This document shows, in pieces, positions 36,772 through 45,086 of a stretch of 64,000 nt of DNA. The position numbers and the translations under genes were made by a program. Every line of letters starts with the position of its first letter. The stretch's first letter is position 1. The notes beneath the pieces are model-generated. The model was not told the origin of the DNA, ran no database searches, and worked only from the letters and a program-made list of their open reading frames with translations. This DNA comes from Gammaproteobacteria bacterium (lineage in GTDB: Bacteria > Pseudomonadota > Gammaproteobacteria > Steroidobacterales > Woeseiaceae): the NCBI GenBank assembly GCA_029863305.1, contig JAOTVR010000001.1, forward strand, positions 13,904-77,903, in the 5' to 3' direction.

Positions 36772-37932
36772 GTGAAAATTGAACTCAGTGAAAAAGCGCT
36801 CGCATGGCAGGCGAAGGCGCGCAAATACGCCGACGAATACCTGCAGCCGCATGAAGTTGAGGCTGAACTCAATGATGGCATGCTGCCCGATGAAGTCAGC
36901 GCAAGAAACAAGAAGCGCGCTATCGAGCTGGGCTTTTCTGCGATCGACGTACCGAAGTCGCACGGCGGTCTCGAACTCACGCTCGAAGAGCAGGTGGCGA
37001 TATGGGAACAGCTCGGCCGCGTCACCAATGCCTTGTCCTGGTGCTTTTCCGAACCACAGTCGTGGATGTTTGATGCCTGCACCGACGAACAGATCGAGCG
37101 CTACGTACTACCAATGATGCGTGGCGAAAAGAAAGACTGCTACGCAATAACGGAGGCGGGACCCGGCTCCGACGTCGCCGGATTGGAGGCCACGGCAGTC
37201 AGATCGGGTGATGACTACGTCCTGAACGGAGAGAAGTGGTATGTCACCAGCGGCAATCTTGCCGACTTCTTCTGGTTTCAGGCGCAGGTCCCCGACGAAC
37301 GCGGTGATGCACTGTTTCTCGTGGATCAGGGCACCGAGGGGATCGAAATTACCGCAACGCCCAAATTCAGTCATACCTATGCGGCACACCACCCGACCTA
37401 TCGCTTCACAGACGTACGCGTGGCGGCCTCGCAGAGAGTGGGCAAAGTGGACGACGGCCTGGCTTACACCCGATCCTGGTTTCGGCACGAGCGCCTGATG
37501 ATCGGGGCCCGCAGCTGCGGCGCGGCCGCAAGACTAATTGAAGAAGCAACGGCGTTCGCAAATGCGCGCATTGTCGACGGCGCGCCACTGAGCGAGAAGC
37601 AAGCCATTCAATTCATGCTGGCCGACAGCGTGACCGAGCTGTATGCCTCGAGACTGATGACCTACGCTGCGGCGCGCGCTAATGATCGGGGCGAGGACGT
37701 GAAGTCACTTCACAGCCGCTGTTCGATGGTAAAGCTGTACGTGTCCGAGATGGCCAATCGAGTCGCTGATCGCGCCGTGCAGATTTTCGGTGGTCGAGGC
37801 TATATGCGCGAGAACGTCGCTGAACGGTTCTTTCGGGAGCTTCGCGTGGATCGCATTTGGGAAGGAACCAGCGAGATTCAGCGCCTCATTATCGCCCGAT
37901 CCCTTATAAAACGGGGACTTGACGATATGTAA
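36772..37932 (+). CDS. Acyl-CoA dehydrogenase-family flavoprotein
   Basis: GTG start 7 nt after the TetR stop. ACAD layout is present: CYAITEAGPGSDVAGL, FGGRGYMRENVAERFFRELRVDRIWEGTSEIQ. Confidence 0.85.
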   Translation: MKIELSEKALAWQAKARKYADEYLQPHEVEAELNDGMLPDEVSARNKKRAIELGFSAIDVPKSHGGLELTLEEQVAIWEQLGRVTNALSWCFSEPQSWMFDACTDEQIERYVLPMMRGEKKDCYAITEAGPGSDVAGLEATAVRSGDDYVLNGEKWYVTSGNLADFFWFQAQVPDERGDALFLVDQGTEGIEITATPKFSHTYAAHHPTYRFTDVRVAASQRVGKVDDGLAYTRSWFRHERLMIGARSCGAAARLIEEATAFANARIVDGAPLSEKQAIQFMLADSVTELYASRLMTYAAARANDRGEDVKSLHSRCSMVKLYVSEMANRVADRAVQIFGGRGYMRENVAERFFRELRVDRIWEGTSEIQRLIIARSLIKRGLDDM

Positions 37933-37970
37933 TTGTCAGCGGCGGCGATGGGTGGTCAAATCGACGCTAC

Positions 37971-39089
37971 ATGACAAGGAAAACAAAAAACGCCGTCCTG
38001 TGTTTCCTGATCAGCACCACGCTGATTTTGAGCGCCTGTAGTAACAACCCCGACCAGACGGTCAGCAACCGCAATGTCGTCAACGTGTACAACTGGGCCG
38101 ACTACATTGCGCCGGAGACTGTCGACCAGTTCGAGGCCGAGACCGGCATCAAAGTCAACTATGACATTTACGACTCGTCCGAAGTCGTCGACGTCAAGTT
38201 ACTGGCAGGCAGCAGCGGCTACGATGTCGTCGTGCACAGCAATCAATTCTCGTCACGCCTGGCGCCGATCGGCGTGTTCGAAAAACTCGACTTCTCACGC
38301 CTCGATAACACGCGCCATCTCGATCCCGACATCATTGAGCGCATCGAATACCCTGCCGTTGCCGAGTACAACGTGCCTTACCACTGGGGCACGACAGGCT
38401 ACGCCTGGAACGTCGAGATGGTCCGCAAACGGCTGCCGAATCACCCGATGAACAGCGGCGACGTTCTGTTCGACCCGAACGTCGTTTCGAAGCTCGCGGA
38501 CTGTGGCGTGTCATTGCTTGACGGCCCGACCGACCTGTTTCCGATGGTGCTCGCCTATCTCGGCCTCGATCCGAATTCTGTGGACGATGAAAGCCTGGCG
38601 AAAGCCGAAGCGCAGATAAAGCTCGTGCGGCCCTACATCCGCTACTTCAGCAATCAGAAGATGTTATCTGATCTGCCTAATCAGGAAGTCTGCGTGGCAA
38701 TGAGTTGGTCCGGCGACTACGCGACCGCAGCCGCGCGAGCCAAGGAAGCCGGCATCGACATCGAATTTCGTTACACCGCACCCAAAGAAGGCTCGGGCCT
38801 TTGGGTCGACGGGCTTTACATTCCCAGCGATGCACCGAACAGGGACAACGCCTACACGTTTATCAATTTCATGCTGCGCCCGGATATCGCAGCTGCGAAT
38901 ACGAATCAGGTCAATTATGCCAATGCGAATGGCTCATCCTGGAAATACCTGTCACCGGAGATATTGCAGAATCCGGCGATTTTCCCTGACGAGGCGGCCT
39001 GGGAAATACTGTATCCGATAAAACCGGCTGACCCTAAACGCGAGCGCCCGCGGACGCGTGCATTTGCTCGCGCGAAAGCTGGCCTTTAA
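37971..39089 (+). CDS. potF: Polyamine (putrescine-type) ABC transporter periplasmic binding lipoprotein, PotF-like
   Basis: LSAC lipobox. VNVYNWADYIAPETVDQFEAETGIKVNYDIYDSSEV, CGVSLLDGP, KEGSGLWVDGLYIP and YANANG parallel E. coli PotF as I recall it. Confidence 0.8.
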   Translation: MTRKTKNAVLCFLISTTLILSACSNNPDQTVSNRNVVNVYNWADYIAPETVDQFEAETGIKVNYDIYDSSEVVDVKLLAGSSGYDVVVHSNQFSSRLAPIGVFEKLDFSRLDNTRHLDPDIIERIEYPAVAEYNVPYHWGTTGYAWNVEMVRKRLPNHPMNSGDVLFDPNVVSKLADCGVSLLDGPTDLFPMVLAYLGLDPNSVDDESLAKAEAQIKLVRPYIRYFSNQKMLSDLPNQEVCVAMSWSGDYATAAARAKEAGIDIEFRYTAPKEGSGLWVDGLYIPSDAPNRDNAYTFINFMLRPDIAAANTNQVNYANANGSSWKYLSPEILQNPAIFPDEAAWEILYPIKPADPKRERPRTRAFARAKAGL

Positions 39090-39092
39090 CAG

Positions 39093-40226
39093 GTGACGAC
39101 CCGTGTGACAGATCCTACGAAGCCAGCAGATTTTATTCGTATTCGCAATGTCAGCAAGCACTTCGGTGACTTTGTCGCTGTTGATGGCGTCAATCTCGAC
39201 ATAGGCAAGAGTGAGTTGTTTTCGATTCTCGGTGGATCAGGATGTGGCAAATCCACGTTGCTGCGAATGATGGCGGGTTTCGAGACACCCACATCAGGGA
39301 CGATCGAGATCGACGGTGTCGACGTGACCAATCAGCCACCCTACGAACGGCCGGTCAATATGATGTTCCAGTCCTATGCGATCTTCCCGCACATGAATGT
39401 GGAGAAGAACATTGCCTATGGACTTCGCAAGGAAGGCATCGCGAAGCAGGAGATCATCAAGCGTGTCGATGATGTGGTCGGGCTCGTGCAACTCGGCGAT
39501 TTTCGCAAGCGCAGGCCCGACCAGCTATCGGGAGGGCAACGACAACGGGTGGCGCTGGCACGGGCCCTGATAAAGCGACCCAAAGTCCTGTTGCTCGACG
39601 AACCGCTCGCAGCGCTCGACAAGAAACTGCGTGAACACACGCAGTTCGAACTGATGAACATCCAGGATGAGCTCGGTGTCACCTTCGTTGTGGTCACGCA
39701 TGACCAGGAAGAGGCCATGACGCTCTCGACTCGCATTGCGGTCATGAACGAGGGTCGATTCCTGCAAGTCGGCACGCCCAAGGAAATTTATGAATACCCG
39801 AATTCTCGTTTCGTGGCCGATTTCATTGGCACGATCAACACGTTCGAGGGAACAGTGAGCCGCATCGATGACAACGCGATGTCGGTGGACTGCCCGGAAC
39901 TCGGCGGGGATGTGCGCGCCTTGATTGACGACAACACCCACGTCAATGTCGGGCAGCAGGTCTGTATTGCCGTGCGCCCGGAGAAGATCTTCATCAGCTT
40001 CGAAGAGCCCGAGGACCACGAAGGCGTGCGAGCACACGGCGTGGTTGATGACTTTGGCTACTTCGGTAACCTCTCGCTGTATCGCATCCGCCTGGAGAGT
40101 GGAAGAACGATCCAGGTCAGTTGGCAAAATCAGCGCCGCTCAGCCAAGCGTTTCGTCGAGTGGGAAGACAAGGTTTGGGTCTCCTGGCGGCCGCGAAGCG
40201 CGGTGGTCATAAAGGGAGAAAGTTGA
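39093..40226 (+). CDS. potG: Polyamine ABC transporter ATPase, PotG/PotA-like
   Basis: Walker A GGSGCGKST, signature LSGGQRQRVALARAL, Walker B LLLDEP, and a C-terminal TOBE-like tail. Confidence 0.85.
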   Translation: MTTRVTDPTKPADFIRIRNVSKHFGDFVAVDGVNLDIGKSELFSILGGSGCGKSTLLRMMAGFETPTSGTIEIDGVDVTNQPPYERPVNMMFQSYAIFPHMNVEKNIAYGLRKEGIAKQEIIKRVDDVVGLVQLGDFRKRRPDQLSGGQRQRVALARALIKRPKVLLLDEPLAALDKKLREHTQFELMNIQDELGVTFVVVTHDQEEAMTLSTRIAVMNEGRFLQVGTPKEIYEYPNSRFVADFIGTINTFEGTVSRIDDNAMSVDCPELGGDVRALIDDNTHVNVGQQVCIAVRPEKIFISFEEPEDHEGVRAHGVVDDFGYFGNLSLYRIRLESGRTIQVSWQNQRRSAKRFVEWEDKVWVSWRPRSAVVIKGES

Positions 40227-40229
40227 GCG

Positions 40230-41123
40230 GTGGCTATGCCACAGCGCACTGATAAGACCTGGCGGCGAGTCACTATCGCCATTCCTTACCTGTGGCTGTT
40301 CGTGTTCTTCCTCTTGCCATTCGCCATTATCCTGAAAATCAGTCTGGCAGACCCGATCGTCGCGCAGCCGCCGTTTACGCCAATCTTCGACGCACAGGGA
40401 CGCCTGTCAGTCACGCTGGACAATTTTCTGTTCCTGTTGACCGACAAACTGTACGCGTTCACTTATCTGAAATCCGTGTTTCTTGCGGGGGCGGCGACTG
40501 TCCTTTGCCTGATGCTGGGCTTTCCCATGGCCTACGGCATTGCGCGCGCGCAGCCTGCGGTCCGAAGTTTGTTGCTGTTGCTTATCGTGCTGCCGTTCTG
40601 GATTTCGTTCTTGCTGCGCGTTTACGCCTGGATGGGCTTGCTGAACAACTACGGTGCGATCAACAACGCATTGATGTGGCTTGGCCTCATAGATCAGCCT
40701 GTGCAAATGATGTACACGGATTTCGCGATCTTCATCGGCCTCACGTATTCCTATTTACCGTTCATGGTGTTGCCGCTGTACGCCACGCTCGAGCGCATGG
40801 ATCTGGACCTCATCGAAGCGGCACAGGATTTGGGTGCGTCGCGCACTCGTGCTTTCTGGGATGTCACCTGGCCACTGGCACGGGCAGGTGTCATCGCCGG
40901 CTGTCTACTCGTGTTCATTCCGGCAATGGGCGAATACGTCATTCCTTACCTTCTTGGCGGGCCGGAATCATTGTTGATTGGCCGGGTCCTGTTCGATGAA
41001 TTCTTTGTCAACCGGGACTGGCCGCTCGCTGCTTCGGTCGCGATCGTGCTGTTGCTACTGCTCGTTGTGCCCATCGTGATGCTGCAACGCAGCCAGACCG
41101 GTGAGGCGGAGACAGCAGCGTGA
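40230..41123 (+). CDS. potH: Polyamine ABC transporter permease, PotH/PotB-like
   Basis: Six hydrophobic spans and the EAA loop IEAAQDLGASRTRAFWDVTWP. Confidence 0.85.
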   Translation: MAMPQRTDKTWRRVTIAIPYLWLFVFFLLPFAIILKISLADPIVAQPPFTPIFDAQGRLSVTLDNFLFLLTDKLYAFTYLKSVFLAGAATVLCLMLGFPMAYGIARAQPAVRSLLLLLIVLPFWISFLLRVYAWMGLLNNYGAINNALMWLGLIDQPVQMMYTDFAIFIGLTYSYLPFMVLPLYATLERMDLDLIEAAQDLGASRTRAFWDVTWPLARAGVIAGCLLVFIPAMGEYVIPYLLGGPESLLIGRVLFDEFFVNRDWPLAASVAIVLLLLLVVPIVMLQRSQTGEAETAA

Positions 41124-41920
41124 ACAAACAATCGCGCTTCATACTGGCGGTTCTGGCCTTCGGCTATGCGTTCCTGTACATCCCGCTTGTTTCTGTTGTG
41201 GTTTACTCATTCAACGACTCGAAGCTGGCAACTGTGTGGGGCGGTTTTTCGACCCGCTGGTACGGCGAGTTGTTTCGCAATGACCAGGTACTCGATGCTG
41301 CCTTTCTCAGTCTGCGTATTGCCGCGACATCCGCAACCTTTGCGACGATTCTCGGAACAATGGCAGGACTCGTTCTTGTCCGATTCGGCCGCTTCAAGGG
41401 CCGCACGCTGTTTTCCGGGATGATTACGTCGCCACTCGTCATGCCCGAGGTCATCACAGGCCTGTCATTACTGCTGTTCTTTGTCAGCCTGCATGGCCTC
41501 ATCGGGTGGCCCGGTCAGCGCGGCTTTTCGACGATCACGATTGCACACACGACGTTTTCCATGGCATTTGTCGCTGTCATCATTCAGTCCAGGCTTGCGG
41601 CGATGGACGAATCACTGGAAGAGGCGGCCATGGATCTCGGTGGACACCCATTGCGCGTCGTATTCGACATTACTCTGCCGCTGATCGCGCCTGCCATGGT
41701 GGCCGGCTGGCTGCTGGCATTCACGTTGTCTCTTGATGACCTCGTTATCGCGAGCTTCGTCTCCGGACCGGGCAGCAGTACATTGCCGATGTACATCTTC
41801 TCGAAAGTCAAACTCGGCGTGACACCGGACATCAACGCCCTGGCATCGTTGTTCATTCTGATCGTTGTTGTCGGTCTGATCGTTGCCTGGATGGCGATGC
41901 GAAAAACTCAGACACGCTGA
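41120..41920 (+). CDS. potI: Polyamine ABC transporter permease, PotI/PotC-like
   Basis: GTG start overlapping the previous stop (GTGA). EAA loop EEAAMDLGGHPLRVVFDITLP. Confidence 0.85.
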   Translation: MNKQSRFILAVLAFGYAFLYIPLVSVVVYSFNDSKLATVWGGFSTRWYGELFRNDQVLDAAFLSLRIAATSATFATILGTMAGLVLVRFGRFKGRTLFSGMITSPLVMPEVITGLSLLLFFVSLHGLIGWPGQRGFSTITIAHTTFSMAFVAVIIQSRLAAMDESLEEAAMDLGGHPLRVVFDITLPLIAPAMVAGWLLAFTLSLDDLVIASFVSGPGSSTLPMYIFSKVKLGVTPDINALASLFILIVVVGLIVAWMAMRKTQTR

Positions 41921-43125
41921 AGCTCTTGCAGGATCCATTCGACATATTGTCGTTCGAGGCTTTCCATTTCTGAAAACGGCCCCGGTTTGTAATAGCGCGA
42001 GTGAATTCCTTTTGCATTGTTAACGATGATCGTCTTGTCGGCCTCGGTCGTAACATCCCAAAGCCAGGTCAGTTCATCAACGTCGTAGTCCCGCCCCTCC
42101 TGCGCATCGCCACGCACAAGCCAATAGATATCACACTTGCTGTTATTCATGTCGACAGGTGTAAACACGTAACACACAACGTGGTCGCTATAGGCGAGCA
42201 GAAATGAGAAAGCACCTAAGCTAAAGTCCGACGCGCCTCCGTCGTAGCCCTTGAGATTACCGAGCAACGGAGCGACAGGCTTGCCGTCTTTGCTGCCGGT
42301 CTGATATCCCTCGAACAACGCCGTGCGACTATACGCGTATCCCAGCTGACCGGACGCCGCATCAGTGTTTAGGTGGTCGACCACGATATTCCTGATTCCA
42401 CAGGCCTCCATTTTGCCCAGCATGTGGCCCTGGAGGCGTTCACGCTTCTTGCGATCGACCATGAGGGTGTGCATTTGCGCGTACTCGGGATGCGCCGTTG
42501 CGCAGTGGTAACACTCCTGATAATTCTCGATCGACAATTTCCAGTTGGCAGCAATGTCGTACGACTTGTGCGCAGCAAGTTTGAGATTTTCGAAATCGAA
42601 CATCGCCATCGGCTCGGCCAGGTCGCGCCTGGCAGCATCGACACTCGGCGGCTCATCGGAAAAGCAGATAAACACGAGACCATGAATATTCTCCAGCGAG
42701 ACTTTGTTCAGACCGTAAGCGGACTTGTCGAAACTGCTCGGCATGCTGCGAGCTGCGGTCAAATTGCCATCGATGTCGTACATCCAGCCGTGATACGGAC
42801 AAGAAAACTTCCTGACATGGCCCTCAGCTTGTAAACAAACCAGTGATCCACGGTGGCGGCATACGTTCGCGAACGCTTTCAGATCGCCATCGCTGCCACG
42901 GACGATAATTGCGGACTCGTTGGCCACGTTGAGTACCTTGTAGTCCCCCGGTTCCGGCAACTCGGATTGGTGTCCGGCCAGAATCCAGTTCCGGCTTATG
43001 ATCCGGTCGATCTCAAGATCGTAAATCGTCGGGTCCGTGTAAAACCTCTGATCCAGCGCGTAACCACGCTTCTGGCCAGCGATCAGTTCGTCAATACTTC
43101 TCGTGTCTCCGTGCATAGTCCGCAT
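41908..43125 (-). CDS. Rieske [2Fe-2S] non-haem-iron oxygenase, GbcA/CntA/Stc2-like (quaternary-amine N-demethylase/cleaving type)
   Basis: Rieske motif CRHRGSLVC...CPYHGW. Mononuclear-iron motif ENYQECYHCATAHPEY. N-terminus YALDQRFYTDPTIYDLEIDRIISRNW. Confidence 0.8.
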   Translation of the reverse strand: MRTMHGDTRSIDELIAGQKRGYALDQRFYTDPTIYDLEIDRIISRNWILAGHQSELPEPGDYKVLNVANESAIIVRGSDGDLKAFANVCRHRGSLVCLQAEGHVRKFSCPYHGWMYDIDGNLTAARSMPSSFDKSAYGLNKVSLENIHGLVFICFSDEPPSVDAARRDLAEPMAMFDFENLKLAAHKSYDIAANWKLSIENYQECYHCATAHPEYAQMHTLMVDRKKRERLQGHMLGKMEACGIRNIVVDHLNTDAASGQLGYAYSRTALFEGYQTGSKDGKPVAPLLGNLKGYDGGASDFSLGAFSFLLAYSDHVVCYVFTPVDMNNSKCDIYWLVRGDAQEGRDYDVDELTWLWDVTTEADKTIIVNNAKGIHSRYYKPGPFSEMESLERQYVEWILQELQRV

Positions 43126-43135
43126 TCCATCGCAT

Positions 43136-43144
43136 TCGGCAATT
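43136..43144. repeat. Direct repeat copy 1 (TCGGCAATT) in the divergent promoter region
   Basis: The same 9-mer recurs exactly 100 nt downstream, within the same 184-nt intergenic region. Confidence 0.4.
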
Positions 43145-43235
43145 GCTGTTGGTTTTCGACGATATCACAGGATGCCGCGCCCATTGCAAGCGCGACACAG
43201 TCGCGATTCAGGCTGGATACGCCCCAGAAATCGGC

Positions 43236-43244
43236 TCGGCAATT
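43236..43244. repeat. Direct repeat copy 2 (TCGGCAATT)
   Basis: See copy 1 at 43136. Confidence 0.4.
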
Positions 43245-43309
43245 ACCTATTCTCAGTCCCGAAGTGACGGCGTAGCTTGGAGTCAGGCCTAGGATGAGGA
43301 GGTGTCGCT

Positions 43310-43918
43310 GTGCCCAACGCAACAGGAAGAAGCCATCTCATGGACATCGACACCAGCAGGCCCGTTTGGGACAGATTCTTCACGGTCGCGCCGCTGGTGC
43401 TGATCGGAACCTGCGATCCGGACGGCTCCCACGATTTCGCGCCCAAGCACATGGTGACGCCCATGGGTTGGCAAAACTATTTCGGTTTCGTCTGTTCGCC
43501 GAGCCATTCGACGTGCGCCAATATCCAGCGGAACGGCGAATTTACCGTCAGTTACCCGAAGCCCTCTCAGGTGCTGTACTCGAGCCTTGCCGCCTCGCCG
43601 CGGCTGGAGGGCCATAAACCCGTGCTCGACTACTTTACGACGTTTGCGGCACGCGAGGTCGACGCGGAACTCATCGAGGAGGCCTATCTGTATTTCGAAT
43701 GCCGTCACTTCAAAACCATCAACGGCTTCGGTCCGAACTGCCTGATCACCGGTGAAATCGTGGCAGCCTACGCAGAGCCCGAATTTCTGCGCTCGAGTGA
43801 ACTGGATGATCAGGAACTCGTGCACGACTCGCCATTGCTTGCCTATCTGGCGCCTGGACGATTCGCCACGATCGACCGCTCAAATGCATTCCCTTTCCCG
43901 GCCCATATGAAAAAATGA
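43310..43918 (+). CDS. Flavin-reductase-domain (flavoredoxin-like) protein
   Basis: FFTVAPLVLIGTCDPDGSHDFAPKHMVTPMGW...CANIQRNGEFTVSYP fits the FMN-binding split-barrel family. The start is either GTG 43310 or ATG 43340. Confidence 0.6.
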   Translation: MPNATGRSHLMDIDTSRPVWDRFFTVAPLVLIGTCDPDGSHDFAPKHMVTPMGWQNYFGFVCSPSHSTCANIQRNGEFTVSYPKPSQVLYSSLAASPRLEGHKPVLDYFTTFAAREVDAELIEEAYLYFECRHFKTINGFGPNCLITGEIVAAYAEPEFLRSSELDDQELVHDSPLLAYLAPGRFATIDRSNAFPFPAHMKK

Positions 43919-43925
43919 CGCCCAT

Positions 43926-45086
43926 ATGACCAGTGCGCTCGCCGATCGAATTTTGCAGCACGTTCGACGACAGGACGCATTTCTTATCGACCTGCTAAAG
44001 AGCCTCGTTGAGGCGGAGTCGCCCTCATCACACCCGGCGGTTCATAAACCGGCTCGTCATATTTTCATGTCGGCCCTTAGTGAAGTCGGTTACCGGGTGC
44101 GCGAAATCGGTTCGGCAGATGGCCCTCTCCACGTATTTGCACGGCCCGAACGGCGCGATCGCGGCCAGGATTCGCAACTCATAATCGGGCACTACGACAC
44201 GGTATGGCCGGTGGGGACTATTGGCGAACGGCCGTTCACCGTCGATGGCAACGTCATACGCGGACCCGGCGTTTTCGACATGAAAGGCGGCCTCGTGCAG
44301 CTCGTCATTGCACTGAAAGCACTGCGCGAACTCGATCTCGAACCGGCGATGACACCGCTGGTCTTCGTCAATGCCGATGAAGAAATCGGTAGCCGGACAT
44401 CGACAAGGTTCATCCGCCTTCTCGCCAATCACGCCAAACGCGCTTTCGTGCTCGAACCCGCGCTGGGCGAGCAAGGCAGCCTGAAGACCGAGCGGAAGGG
44501 CCTCGGTCGATTCACCGTGACAGTCTACGGCAAGGCGGCGCACGCCGGTCTGGATCCCGAAGCGGGCGCCAGTGCGATCCTCGAATTGTCGCACGTAATT
44601 CAGAAACTGTTTGCGATGAACGATGCCGACAGGGGCATCTCGATCAACGTCGGTACCGTCGACGGTGGCATACAACCGAACGTGATTGCAGCACACAGCA
44701 CTGCAGTCATCGATGTTCGCGTCCCGACGATCGCGGATGGAGAAGAGGTCGAGCGCTTGATTCACGGTATTGAACCCGAAGTGCCGGGCGTTCGGCTGAG
44801 AATCGAGGGTGCCATTGGCCGGCCATCCATGGAGCCCACATCTCGCAATCAGCTGCTCTGGATGCAGGCGAAAAATATCGGCGACGAATTGGGCCTGAAC
44901 CTGACCCGAGCCAAGGTAGGCGGCGGCTCGGACGGCAATACAACGAGTCAATTTACAGCGACGCTTGATGGCCTCGGACCCGTGGGTCATGGCGCACACG
45001 CGAAACGCGAGTTTCTGTACATCGACAAGACGCTCGAGCGCGTCGCCCTGTTGACGATGTTGTTGCTCGCGGAGCTGGCCGCATGA
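43926..45086 (+). CDS. M20-family metallopeptidase (carboxypeptidase-G2 / glutamate-carboxypeptidase-like)
   Basis: IIGHYDTVWP, RGPGVFDMKGG, VNADEEIGS and GVGGGSDGN-type motifs. Confidence 0.85.
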   Translation: MTSALADRILQHVRRQDAFLIDLLKSLVEAESPSSHPAVHKPARHIFMSALSEVGYRVREIGSADGPLHVFARPERRDRGQDSQLIIGHYDTVWPVGTIGERPFTVDGNVIRGPGVFDMKGGLVQLVIALKALRELDLEPAMTPLVFVNADEEIGSRTSTRFIRLLANHAKRAFVLEPALGEQGSLKTERKGLGRFTVTVYGKAAHAGLDPEAGASAILELSHVIQKLFAMNDADRGISINVGTVDGGIQPNVIAAHSTAVIDVRVPTIADGEEVERLIHGIEPEVPGVRLRIEGAIGRPSMEPTSRNQLLWMQAKNIGDELGLNLTRAKVGGGSDGNTTSQFTATLDGLGPVGHGAHAKREFLYIDKTLERVALLTMLLLAELAA

